Under the pieces are notes generated by a model. It saw only the letters and a list, made by a program, of their open reading frames with translations, had not been told where the DNA came from and did not search any database. A stretch of DNA of 46,217 nt from a virus (Duplodnaviria > Caudoviricetes): positions 1-46,217 of the IMG/VR virus record IMGVR_UViG_3300025018_000217; one strand, 5' to 3'. This document shows, one piece after another, positions 26,509 to 34,971 of this stretch. Both the position numbers and the translations under genes were made by a program. Within the stretch, counting starts at the first letter, position 1. Each line of letters opens with the position of its first letter.

Positions 26509-26695
26509 ATATTTTTTTTATCATTTCCTCTCCGCCACTAATAATTTCATCAAATTTATCCTTAGTCATTTTCTCTTCTAACATTATATCAACCAAAAAT
26601 GAATCAAAAATCGTGGTGATATATTTAGAACCCTCGTAGACAACTCCGTTGGGGTATAAACTATATTTTTTTCCTCGTCTTATTTTGTAGGACAT
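26495..26695 (-). CDS. Hypothetical protein
   Basis: 66-aa ORF packed in the operon. Confidence 0.6.
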   Translation of the reverse strand: MSYKIRRGKKYSLYPNGVVYEGSKYITTIFDSFLVDIMLEEKMTKDKFDEIISGGEEMIKKIYGKK

Positions 26696-26705
26696 TTTTT
26701 TATCA

Positions 26706-29084
26706 TTAAAAATTACCGAACCCGCTATTTGGATTATTCTGTTTCGTCCAAAGAGGGTTTAATTTAATACCGATAAATTTTGCTTCATCATGACCACTCT
26801 CTCTAGGTTTCAATATGAATCGGTTATTCTTTAAACCATACATCTTAACCTCTTTTGTGAAAGTAATGTTCGCCTTAATCTTTCGCCCGCCATCTGACTG
26901 ATTCCATTTCTTATATTCAGAATAAAGAGTAGGAACATCAATTGATTCATCAGGGTCAAGTAACACACAGTCAGCGATAAAACCTTCAACAGAGGAATTT
27001 TCTTGTCGATATTCATTCAACATTCTTCGCTGTTCTTGAGTAATTATAAAACCCTTTTTCTCCCTTAAAATCTTAGTTCCTTCCACCATCCAATTAAAAA
27101 TTCCAGAAGCTTCCTTAATTATCAGCCCATCTCGCTCTCGTAGGTCTATATTAGGATTTTCTTTGAAATTATTAAGAAATCCTACTACAATCATTCTTCG
27201 TTCTGTAGCAGTGGAAGTATCACTAACTCTTGGAATTGAATTGACGGAAAAAATAAATTTAACCTGTGGTCGGAAAGTAAATTGGTCTTTATATTTGATA
27301 TCAATAGTTACCTTTTCTCCAGAAATTATTCTCTTCAATTTATCACTTTCATAGTAGTTACCAGATACTTCTTCTACTACATTGAGTCTTTTTCCTACAA
27401 TTCCCTTCATCCCGTACTGGCCATATAAAGTATCAAGGTTGATAGATGAGGTAGCTTTTTCTCCCATAATCATAAGTAAAGTATCTGTAAAGGTACTTTT
27501 TCCAGCTCCACCTTCGCCAACAAGGAACAAGGCTTTTTGGTAAGCTGTTGAAGAAGAAAGGCAGTAGCCAACAAATTGCTGGAGTAATATTTGCTTATCT
27601 TCACTTTCTTCTCCTCTTGTCCATTCTGACAGACATTGCTTCCAAATAGGACATTTGGCATCCGGGTCGTAAAAGACATCATATTGGACAAGAGAAACAA
27701 AGTCTGGATTATGAGGTTCAAATTTACCGGAAATTAAATTGAGTAAACCATTCCTGACATTGGCAATATATCCTCGGTCGTCAGTAATTACTAACTCGGG
27801 CATAATGGACAACAAACACGCAACTTTATCAGAGACATTCTTTTTTGTCCGATATCCCCATAACATATCTTCGTAAAGTCCATTAAGAACAATGTCTGAT
27901 ATTTGTTGGTCGGTAATCATTTCATATACTCCGTCTTTGTAGTCAAAAATAAGTCCAATTTCATTCTTTTTCAGATATGGATGTTGAGCCAAAATTTCCC
28001 GTTCGTAGTTGGAGAAACGCACTTTGTCGACTTCTCGGCGTGACTTCAAAACCCCTGTATAAGCGTCCTGAATTTTCAACTGTTCCTCCTCATCCATGTT
28101 GTAAACAATGATTTCATTTTTATAGGAATAAATGTAACCACCAGAAAAAGCACTGTTCACTGTGTTCATTATCTCTTGAGCCCCACCTCTCTCTTTCTCT
28201 ATGCCATGCCAGCCTACTTTATTGATGTGGGCTAGGAACTTATCCTTAGTCCATCCTACCTGCCTCGCTAGAGAGCCTGTAATGAGTAAGGCTTGATTAC
28301 GACAATTAGAATGAGGCAAAGTACCAACTTTACCTGAAATGAGCTTCTGAAAGCTCGTACGGCTTTCTATTGGGTATATTTCATTTACTCGGTCAAAAAA
28401 ATTCTTCTTTTCTAAATCGGACATCCTCTTAGCTTTCTCGGTAGACGGATTGACGGCACTGGAAATGATTAGTGTTTGCTCTATAATCGGAAACACTTCT
28501 TCCACCTGTTCCATTGTATAGCGGTTAGCTTCTTCTTTATAAATCCCCTTGATTTTAAAAACATTATCTGTCCCCTCAATCCACGCCCCACCGGATTTTT
28601 TCCAGTAAAAAGTATTCGGCTGGCGTAAAATACGAGTTAAGTCTTTGACGGCAGGGTCAGCATTTAGGGTGGTTACAATAGTCTGTTCAATCTTCTCCCA
28701 CCGAGCCACGGCCAATTCCCATTCTTCTTTAGTAATTTCATCTCGGTAAATTGGCTCGTCTAAAAGCCAGTAAAGGTGATAACCATTCTTGGTTTCAATT
28801 ATAAAACTAGGGTCAAGCTTCTTCTTAATCTCTTCCAATTCCTCTAAATCTTTTCTACCGTCAATATCTACAAAGAAACTATTCAAATTAATGCACTGGT
28901 CTTTTTTATTATCATTACAATCATTAAAACCATTGACGGTGAAGTAAGCTTCATACCCGTCCCTGTTTAAATCTTTCCTAATATCATTAGAAGATACTGG
29001 TAACCGCCCCGCTCCGGTTTGGTCAATGTACCTATATTTATGGTTTGGAAAGAAATTTAAAAATGGTGTTGCTTTTTTAATCAT
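26706..29084 (-). CDS. Primase-helicase: RepB'-like AEP primase plus D5/P4-type SF3 helicase
   Basis: FFVDID, IIETKNGYHLYW, DLTRILRQP; NVRNGLLNL, GEGGAGKSTF, VVEE, FSVNSIP, ERRM. Confidence 0.9.
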   Translation of the reverse strand: MIKKATPFLNFFPNHKYRYIDQTGAGRLPVSSNDIRKDLNRDGYEAYFTVNGFNDCNDNKKDQCINLNSFFVDIDGRKDLEELEEIKKKLDPSFIIETKNGYHLYWLLDEPIYRDEITKEEWELAVARWEKIEQTIVTTLNADPAVKDLTRILRQPNTFYWKKSGGAWIEGTDNVFKIKGIYKEEANRYTMEQVEEVFPIIEQTLIISSAVNPSTEKAKRMSDLEKKNFFDRVNEIYPIESRTSFQKLISGKVGTLPHSNCRNQALLITGSLARQVGWTKDKFLAHINKVGWHGIEKERGGAQEIMNTVNSAFSGGYIYSYKNEIIVYNMDEEEQLKIQDAYTGVLKSRREVDKVRFSNYEREILAQHPYLKKNEIGLIFDYKDGVYEMITDQQISDIVLNGLYEDMLWGYRTKKNVSDKVACLLSIMPELVITDDRGYIANVRNGLLNLISGKFEPHNPDFVSLVQYDVFYDPDAKCPIWKQCLSEWTRGEESEDKQILLQQFVGYCLSSSTAYQKALFLVGEGGAGKSTFTDTLLMIMGEKATSSINLDTLYGQYGMKGIVGKRLNVVEEVSGNYYESDKLKRIISGEKVTIDIKYKDQFTFRPQVKFIFSVNSIPRVSDTSTATERRMIVVGFLNNFKENPNIDLRERDGLIIKEASGIFNWMVEGTKILREKKGFIITQEQRRMLNEYRQENSSVEGFIADCVLLDPDESIDVPTLYSEYKKWNQSDGGRKIKANITFTKEVKMYGLKNNRFILKPRESGHDEAKFIGIKLNPLWTKQNNPNSGFGNF

Positions 29085-29092
29085 AAAAATCT

Positions 29093-29208
29093 ATCAACTC
29101 AAGTATCAGTAACAAAAAGAAGACAGCTAGGATAGGTAATGCAACAAACCTATAAGCCTAACTGCCTTCTTTATGTTACTGATATTTTTTTGTTGATTGA
29201 GTTGCATT
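29093..29208 (-). ncRNA. Structured 5' leader of the primase gene (long hairpin, possible pseudoknot)
   Basis: Nested inverted repeats TATCAGTAACA/TGTTACTGATA, AAAGAAG.CAG/CTG.CTTCTTT, TAGG/CCTA, ATAGGT/ACCTAT. Confidence 0.6.
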
Positions 29209-29229
29209 TTATTATTGCACTATTTTACT

Positions 29230-29859
29230 TTAAAATGGAATGTCGTCAGGATTTATATCATCATCTTCTTCAAGTGGTTCGCCTTCTGGTGTGATAATTC
29301 CTGCTTGAGCAATCGCTCCGTGAAGTTTTGGTACAATAGTATCCATTACCATTTTCTCTAAAAAAATCATCTGGTCAGTATCGTCCCAAACTAGTGAACC
29401 TTTAACCATTACTTGCGTCATTGATGGCAAACCATTTGGATTATCTTTCGTAAAAGCGTGTTTCAAAGCAACACTGTCTTGATTGATAAACAAAGAAGAT
29501 TTCTTTGAGCCGTCTGCTTCTACCTTAGTAACTGGTGTAACTTTCATATCCTTAGACAAGTCAGCGTTCGGTAACATTTTAATGATGTTTTTAGCAAAAG
29601 AATTAGTATATCCTAATTGCAAATTGTAAACCTCATTTTGGTCTTGAAAACCAAATACCCACTGCTTACCATAATTACCGTCTGTTACTTTAATACTAAC
29701 TAAACGGCCAGTGAAATTGTCATAGTATTTTTCAAAGACAGTTTTTCCTATCTTATTAACCCGACTAACTGCTCCTTCACTTCCCTCTGGTACTCTGATA
29801 CAAAAACGTCCGCCGACAATGGAAATAAATTTTCCATTTTCATGAGTTCCTAATCCCAT
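29230..29859 (-). CDS. Putative ssDNA-binding protein
   Basis: Beta-rich body; acidic tail EEDDDINPDDIPF; next to the primase. Confidence 0.65.
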   Translation of the reverse strand: MGLGTHENGKFISIVGGRFCIRVPEGSEGAVSRVNKIGKTVFEKYYDNFTGRLVSIKVTDGNYGKQWVFGFQDQNEVYNLQLGYTNSFAKNIIKMLPNADLSKDMKVTPVTKVEADGSKKSSLFINQDSVALKHAFTKDNPNGLPSMTQVMVKGSLVWDDTDQMIFLEKMVMDTIVPKLHGAIAQAGIITPEGEPLEEDDDINPDDIPF

Positions 29860-29953
29860 ACTATTTTAGTGGATTACCACTATTTTTTAATTGTTGGACG
29901 AGTAATCCCGCCCCGATTTTATCTAGGGACTAGCTAGAAATTAAATCGTACTT

Positions 29954-30003
29954 ATTATAGCACCGACACTAAAAAAATAAAAACTAGATTAACCTGTGGA
30001 TAA
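29954..30003 (-). promoter_or_regulatory. Extended -10 promoter with TGTCGGTG motif and upstream DnaA box
   Basis: Minus strand GTGTCGGTGc-TATAAT; TTATCCACA at 29995-30003; degenerate second box at 30006-30014. Confidence 0.7.
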
Positions 30004-30047
30004 CTTGTAGATAAGTGATAACTTGCGTCAATAAAAGCTTTAAATTA

Positions 30048-30314
30048 TTAATCAGTATATTCCTCAATAGGATACTCCTCTCCCTCTTTTAGGTCTAATA
30101 ATTCTGTTAAATTTTCACCAACCGCTTCAAGCTCCACTTCTGATAAGGCTTTAGCGTCATCTTCATCAACAGTTTCATCATTATCATAATCACTTTCAAC
30201 ATTATTCTGTTTGACCCATGTAATAACTTCAACTTTTTTCCCGTTGACCTCAAAAAGGTGTTTACGAGTTTCTTCAAAGTAATTGACTTCTTCGGACACT
30301 TTTTTTATTTTCAT
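30048..30314 (-). CDS. Highly acidic hypothetical protein
   Basis: 88 aa with a D/E-rich C-terminal half. Confidence 0.7.
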   Translation of the reverse strand: MKIKKVSEEVNYFEETRKHLFEVNGKKVEVITWVKQNNVESDYDNDETVDEDDAKALSEVELEAVGENLTELLDLKEGEEYPIEEYTD

Positions 30315-30328
30315 ATTTTTTAATTAAA

Positions 30329-30496
30329 TTAACATACATACCCCCCGCTACTATCCATTGATAAAAGACAATTATTGCACCACAACATTATTTCACCCTC
30401 AATTTCACTATCAATTGCGTCTACTTCGTGAAGTTCCCCCTCGCCACAATGAGGGCAAGGTAATTTTTTGGCTTCTTTTTGTATTTCTGATATCAT
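30329..30496 (-). CDS. Small Zn-ribbon protein, 55 aa, not in ORF track
   Basis: MISEIQKEAKKLPCPHCGEG...LWCNNCLLSMDSSGGYVC. Confidence 0.65.
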   Translation of the reverse strand: MISEIQKEAKKLPCPHCGEGELHEVDAIDSEIEGEIMLWCNNCLLSMDSSGGYVC

Positions 30497-30500
30497 TTTA

Positions 30501-30647
30501 TTATTTATTACACTCTAATTCTAATTTAATCTCACATTCAACAAGCTCGTGGATAAAATCCATTGTGCTACTCCCCACCTCGGCTTCTATGTTAGCGTAA
30601 AGGCGGGCAATTCTTTTCTTTAAGGCTTCAATTTGTTTGTCGGTCAT
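30501..30647 (-). CDS. Small hypothetical protein, 48 aa, not in ORF track
   Basis: MTDKQIEALKKRIARLYANIEAEVGSSTMDFIHELVECEIKLELECNK; fills the gap between neighbours. Confidence 0.65.
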   Translation of the reverse strand: MTDKQIEALKKRIARLYANIEAEVGSSTMDFIHELVECEIKLELECNK

Positions 30648-30648
30648 A

Positions 30649-30879
30649 TTATATTGCTCCGTTTAAAATATCTGATAATTTATCTAAGTCGGCGGGGTCT
30701 GCTTCGCTTTCGTGATTGTTGTACTGGTCATCAAGGGTCATCATAATAGCGTGCTTGTATCCCTCGCACTTGTCGTAAGCCCCACAATAAAACTCCATTG
30801 CTCGTTCTAAGCGGTCTATATATTCGTCCCCATTCTCCATTTCACTTAACATATTTTGGATATCTTCTCTTGTTGTCAT
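30649..30879 (-). CDS. Acidic hypothetical protein
   Basis: 76-aa ORF in the early operon. Confidence 0.7.
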   Translation of the reverse strand: MTTREDIQNMLSEMENGDEYIDRLERAMEFYCGAYDKCEGYKHAIMMTLDDQYNNHESEADPADLDKLSDILNGAI

Positions 30880-30880
30880 T

Positions 30881-31114
30881 TTATTTTTGATTATTGATAA
30901 GCTCTTTTAATTCTTCATCGCTTTTATCTTCTTGCCACCTCATATAATCCTCCATATAATCGGACATTAAAACACCCCGTGGTTGTGTTGGTGTAATCAC
31001 TATTGCTTCATCAAACCAACTACATATCTCGTCCAAAAAGGCACTATCCGATAAATCGTTCATTTTCTGTATCTCCTGTTCTGCTAAGAGATTAAGCATT
31101 TGTTTTCTGTCCAT
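30881..31114 (-). CDS. Acidic hypothetical protein
   Basis: 77-aa ORF in the early operon. Confidence 0.7.
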   Translation of the reverse strand: MDRKQMLNLLAEQEIQKMNDLSDSAFLDEICSWFDEAIVITPTQPRGVLMSDYMEDYMRWQEDKSDEELKELINNQK

Positions 31115-31116
31115 AA

Positions 31117-31431
31117 TTATTTTTGTTTAGGTATTTCTAAATGGTCTGCTAAAATCGGCAAGTCAATCCAAAAGCCGTTGTCGCAATAAGCGTCTGCCAT
31201 TTTGCTCGCTAAATGCTCCATTGTAGCGTCATCAACCTTGCTCGTGTCGTATCCTATACCCTCCAAATCCTCACGGGCTACGCTCGTAATTTTAAAAGCA
31301 CCTGTTACTGCTCCGCTCTCTTCAATGATAAAAGAGCAAATCATACCCCACTGGTCTTTCACAAATTTAAACATCTCGGCTTCGGTTTCAAATTTGTACC
31401 CCATTTTCTCTAGTGTTTTTTCTAGGTTCAT
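31117..31431 (-). CDS. Hypothetical protein
   Basis: ATG at 31431; ITSVAREDL...VDDATMEHLASKMADAY motif. Confidence 0.7.
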   Translation of the reverse strand: MNLEKTLEKMGYKFETEAEMFKFVKDQWGMICSFIIEESGAVTGAFKITSVAREDLEGIGYDTSKVDDATMEHLASKMADAYCDNGFWIDLPILADHLEIPKQK

Positions 31432-31432
31432 A

Positions 31433-31750
31433 TTATTCAATTGTTTTTAAATCTTTTAATGTTTTCCAAATCCTATTCCAACTACCAATTTCAACATTCT
31501 TTTTCTCAAGCAAAACAGTCTTATCATCTCCGTGTTTGACTGCGATATTACTATCTTTTAGTTCAATCAGGATACTCGCTTGTCCTGTTTCTTTTTTATT
31601 ATCTAATAACCCCACTTTAAAGGCTCCAAATAAATCATCTAGGTCTTTTTCTATTTCTAATAATTCACTAGCAATTTCCATTACCTCCAATTTATTATCA
31701 GCCTCCAAATCACAGCTCCATTCTGGTATTGTTACTTTAAATTTTTTCAT
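31433..31750 (-). CDS. Hypothetical protein
   Basis: 105-aa ORF in the early operon. Confidence 0.7.
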   Translation of the reverse strand: MKKFKVTIPEWSCDLEADNKLEVMEIASELLEIEKDLDDLFGAFKVGLLDNKKETGQASILIELKDSNIAVKHGDDKTVLLEKKNVEIGSWNRIWKTLKDLKTIE

Positions 31751-31763
31751 TGTTTTTTTATTA

Positions 31764-31877
31764 TTATTTATTAATCGCTTCCTTTTTACATTTCTTCGTG
31801 CAGTATTGAGCGAGGGGCTTGTCTTTTGATAAATCCTTTCCGCACCATATACAACATAAATATTTTGGTTTTTTCAT
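31764..31877 (-). CDS. Tiny Zn-finger protein, 37 aa, not in ORF track
   Basis: MKKPKYLCCIWCGKDLSKDKPLAQYCTKKCKKEAINK. Confidence 0.55.
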   Translation of the reverse strand: MKKPKYLCCIWCGKDLSKDKPLAQYCTKKCKKEAINK

Positions 31878-31878
31878 T

Positions 31879-32079
31879 TTAATTATGAATAAAGTGTAAT
31901 GGCACTCTATTTTTATAAAATGTCGTGGTTAAAACTGCTCGACCTGTATCATCTTTTACTAAGGCATAGGTAAATCGTCTAGGATACTTAACTAAATGCG
32001 TTCCCGCACAATTTATTTTATTTTCCTTGCAGTAATTGATTGCGTCAATTAAGGCAATGTTCGCTATTATTTCTTTCAT
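31879..32079 (-). CDS. Hypothetical protein
   Basis: 66-aa ORF in the early operon. Confidence 0.65.
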   Translation of the reverse strand: MKEIIANIALIDAINYCKENKINCAGTHLVKYPRRFTYALVKDDTGRAVLTTTFYKNRVPLHFIHN

Positions 32080-32083
32080 ATTG

Positions 32084-32926
32084 TTAGTCGTTTATATAGT
32101 CGGTTAAATCTTCGTCTTTCCACTCTTTTGGTAAGTGTTCTCTGATATCTTCAATATCATAAAACCCCCAACAACTGTCGGACACTTCGCCTTGCTCATC
32201 GTATAGCGTAAAGCCGTACACCTCGCCATTTATATAATGGTTATAGATATCAAGTTCACCTTTTATAATTCGTTCAAAAACCTTCGCTTGTTTGGCTGTA
32301 TTTTTATTAGTGTTGTCTGTGCCATATTCTTTAACAGTTTTGTCTGTTACGATGTAAAAGCCGTTATTAGAATAATCAAAGCCGTGTATGGTTCCTAATT
32401 TATAAACAACCCCGCCGTGTTCGTATTTTACAACTGGATATATTGCAAGCACTTCTTCGTCCAGTCGGCTTCTAATCTCTTTTTTAATCATCTTCATATG
32501 CTCGGCTTGGCTGTTTGCTTCGTCCCCTGTTTCCTTAATTATTTCCATAAAATCGTTGTTATCATCAGGGCTATTATAGTTTCGGTCAATTGTTATAAAG
32601 TATCCTAAATTTCCCCACTCCCTAGGGCTTTCAGAGCTTTCATCATATCCAATAACTAATCTTTGTTGTTCGATAAATCTTATATTATTAAAACCGTGTT
32701 TTAGTAATGATAATTTTACGGCTTTTTTTAATGTTGACTCATCTTTATAGCCAGTCCAGCCTTTAGATAACGCTTTGTTAGTTCTAAACCAAAAATTATT
32801 ATAGAAGTCCCCTATTTTACAATCAGGCTTATTATTAAATAAGCTTTTCATTTCTATTGTAAAAGTATATGTTTTATCATTTTTTATAGCTGTTACATCT
32901 TCATTAAAAAATAGTTTTTTGTACAT
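32084..32926 (-). CDS. Early hypothetical protein, apparently two domains
   Basis: SESPREWGNLG and YINGEVYGF...DSCWGFY motifs in the C-terminal domain. Confidence 0.75.
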   Translation of the reverse strand: MYKKLFFNEDVTAIKNDKTYTFTIEMKSLFNNKPDCKIGDFYNNFWFRTNKALSKGWTGYKDESTLKKAVKLSLLKHGFNNIRFIEQQRLVIGYDESSESPREWGNLGYFITIDRNYNSPDDNNDFMEIIKETGDEANSQAEHMKMIKKEIRSRLDEEVLAIYPVVKYEHGGVVYKLGTIHGFDYSNNGFYIVTDKTVKEYGTDNTNKNTAKQAKVFERIIKGELDIYNHYINGEVYGFTLYDEQGEVSDSCWGFYDIEDIREHLPKEWKDEDLTDYIND

Positions 32927-32930
32927 ATTA

Positions 32931-33116
32931 TTATTTTTTGTTTACCCCGCAAGCTTCTAAAAATCGGCGTTGGTCAAAGCGTTCATTGATAGCAGATAGT
33001 CGCCCGCAAAATTGCAAAGCTAATCCCCGCAATGTCTCAAAGTCCCCGCCCTCGTTTACTAGCTGGCTTTTTATCGTTTCAGCGATAAAAATAAAATCTT
33101 TTTTACTCATATACAT
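32931..33116 (-). CDS. First early gene, small helical protein
   Basis: MSKKDFIFIAE...NERFDQRRFLEACG, a pattern I recall from phage early regions. Confidence 0.7.
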   Translation of the reverse strand: MYMSKKDFIFIAETIKSQLVNEGGDFETLRGLALQFCGRLSAINERFDQRRFLEACGVNKK

Positions 33117-33190
33117 TAAACCTATTGCAACTTTATTTTTAAATGTTAGCTATTGTTCGACAATGCTAATCTTGCAACTGGTCTAATAAG

Positions 33191-33256
33191 AGTATAGCAC
33201 CGACACCGACACAACACAAGCTATTATCTAGCGTTTTTTTATTATCTTGTGGATAA
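33191..33256 (-). promoter_or_regulatory. Main early promoter with tandem TGTCGG motif and upstream DnaA box
   Basis: Minus strand TTGTGT-17-TATACT with spacer TGTGTCGGTGTCGGTGC; TTATCCACA at 33248-33256. Confidence 0.7.
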
Positions 33257-33374
33257 CTTTTTGGCGGGTAAAACGGGCTTATTTTTAGGGGTATTTTAGG
33301 TGGTTTTTGTTTAGGTTAAAAATAAAAATAAGGTGTTATGGTTTTTTTGGTGGTGCTGGGGTAATTTATTATTT

Positions 33375-33427
33375 ATCCCGCCGTCTAATCCCGCCGTCTA
33401 ATCCCGCCGTCTAATCCCGCCATTCTA
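33375..33427. repeat. 13-bp tandem repeat, about 4 copies
   Basis: ATCCCGCCGTCTA at 33375, 33388 and 33401; degenerate copy at 33414. Confidence 0.95.
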
Positions 33428-33625
33428 AAAATCGCGGGCGTCTATCTTCATGTTGATGTAATCATCAACATATCCTTTTTTTTATTCATCTTATTATTAA
33501 ATGTTTTTTATTATCTACTCATCATTAAAATTAAAATCATTATAAAGGTCTTAGGGGGGTTACCCCTTTCCGTATACCCTATATCAAGTTATTAAAAAGG
33601 GTCCCATACCCCTCCCCATCCCCAT

Positions 33626-33706
33626 AAATTCCTCTACCACCCGGTTTATTTTAAAAAAATTCCTCTACCACCCGGTTTATTTTAAAAAAATTCCTCTACC
33701 ACCCGG
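33626..33706. repeat. 31-bp tandem repeat, about 2.6 copies
   Basis: AAATTCCTCTACCACCCGGTTTATTTTAAAA at 33626 and 33657; partial copy at 33688. Confidence 0.95.
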
Positions 33707-33767
33707 GATTTATACTCAAAAAGGGGGGTATTAATGGAAAAATACCTTAAAAAAACCCTTAAAAAAG

Positions 33768-34075
33768 GGTTATGTCCCAAATTATATGGCTCAACCAGAG
33801 GCTATTTCAGGAAAACGGGACACAAGTGGGGCATAAGAAAATAGTTATGTCCCGACATTATATGTTCAAGAATAAGGCTATAATATACTTTTGGGACATA
33901 AGGACATAAGAATTAAGAAAACTATTTTATATATAAAAAATTAAGGTATATAATTAATATACTAGAAAGGTTTACCCCATTTCTTGTGTCCTTGTGTCCC
34001 GTTTGCTATTATACGGCTAATAATAAGGATATAATTCGGGACACAACAAAATAGTTGTGCCCCACTTGTGTCCCG
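33768..34075. other. Probable replication origin: GGGACAYAA iterons in inverted arrangement around an AT-rich core
   Basis: 18-bp perfect inverted repeat at 33816-33833/34058-34075; inner GGGACATAAGGACATAAG vs CTTGTGTCCTTGTGTCCC; AT-rich core at 33911-33965. Confidence 0.6.
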
Positions 34076-34089
34076 AGTATAATTAAAGC

Positions 34090-34118
34090 TTGACATCACA
34101 CCTTATTTTTCATAAAAT
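34090..34118 (+). promoter_or_regulatory. Promoter of the packaging genes, probably leaderless
   Basis: TTGACA-17-TAAAAT; ATG 7 nt after the -10. Confidence 0.7.
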
Positions 34119-34125
34119 ATAAAAT

Positions 34126-34590
34126 ATGCCTAGAACTAGAAAAGGAGAATCTACACCAAGACAATTTGCTTACGCTCGTAGGTTATTTGGTGGTAAGGGA
34201 AAGGATAGAAAACAAATTGCTTTGGATGTTGGATATACACCCACAATGGCAAATCATGTGAAGGAAAAGATTGAGAGCACAGTTGGATTTAATTCTGCGA
34301 TGATGAAGTTGGCGGCGGATTCTAATAATGTGGCCTTGGCGGCTTTACATGAATTTAAAATTAGAGGGTTTGATACTTTTTCTAATAAAGATTTAGTGGG
34401 AGCTTTAAATGCGATTGGAAATGCTTGGTCGAGATTTAATCCGGAAGCGAGAAAGAGGGGTGATGAGGATAATCAAAGTAAGAACCGGCTTCGAACAGTG
34501 GTGATGCAACATATTGAAAATCAGACTTTAAATACTGGACCTATCCAAGAAGCTCTGCCGGTAGAGGAGGTGGTTGACAATGATTTTTAA
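34126..34590 (+). CDS. terS: Terminase small subunit (putative)
   Basis: TPRQFAYA...KQIALDVGYT HTH-like N-terminus; upstream of terL. Confidence 0.6.
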   Translation: MPRTRKGESTPRQFAYARRLFGGKGKDRKQIALDVGYTPTMANHVKEKIESTVGFNSAMMKLAADSNNVALAALHEFKIRGFDTFSNKDLVGALNAIGNAWSRFNPEARKRGDEDNQSKNRLRTVVMQHIENQTLNTGPIQEALPVEEVVDNDF

Positions 34591-34822
34591 CAAGGTTGAC
34601 AATTTATTTACAGTGAAAATTCATGATTTTTATAGGAGATTTACAAGGCTACCGCTTCAGGTAAGAGATACGATTCTGAAGGATATTCGACCTGACCCTT
34701 TGACTCCTTTTCTGATTTACAAACAGTTGGAGGAGGTGCGGAAGATGCAGCGGTATTATCAGAAAAAGGAGGAGGAACTTCTACGGATTGCGGATGAGAC
34801 TTTCAACCAAGTGGAATTATGA
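34580..34822 (+). CDS. Hypothetical protein
   Basis: ORF overlapping the terS end; ATG at 34580. Confidence 0.6.
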   Translation: MIFNKVDNLFTVKIHDFYRRFTRLPLQVRDTILKDIRPDPLTPFLIYKQLEEVRKMQRYYQKKEEELLRIADETFNQVEL

Positions 34823-34971
34823 AAAATAAGAAACTTTTTTTAATAAGAATAGAGGTTGAGGCTAAGAGTATTAAGGAGGCAATTTCTACTAAGGGGAAAA
34901 TTATCAGTATCGAGGAGATGAGTGAAAAAAAACCAATGGGGTTTGAAACAAAAAATAAAAATGGCAAATAA
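34819..34971 (+). CDS. Small hypothetical protein, 50 aa, not in ORF track
   Basis: MKNKKLFLIRIEVEAKSIKEAIS...KPMGFETKNKNGK; ATGA overlap with the upstream gene. Confidence 0.55.
   Translation: MKNKKLFLIRIEVEAKSIKEAISTKGKIISIEEMSEKKPMGFETKNKNGK

Noticed and set aside
33626-33706. Mini-CRISPR array from the 31-bp repeats
   Set aside because: Copies are head-to-tail with no unique spacers.
20670-34100. Lysogeny module, DNA polymerase or tRNA genes
   Set aside because: No integrase, CI-like repressor, ParA, polymerase motifs or cloverleaf recognised by eye; a tRNAscan and HMM run would be needed to exclude them fully.
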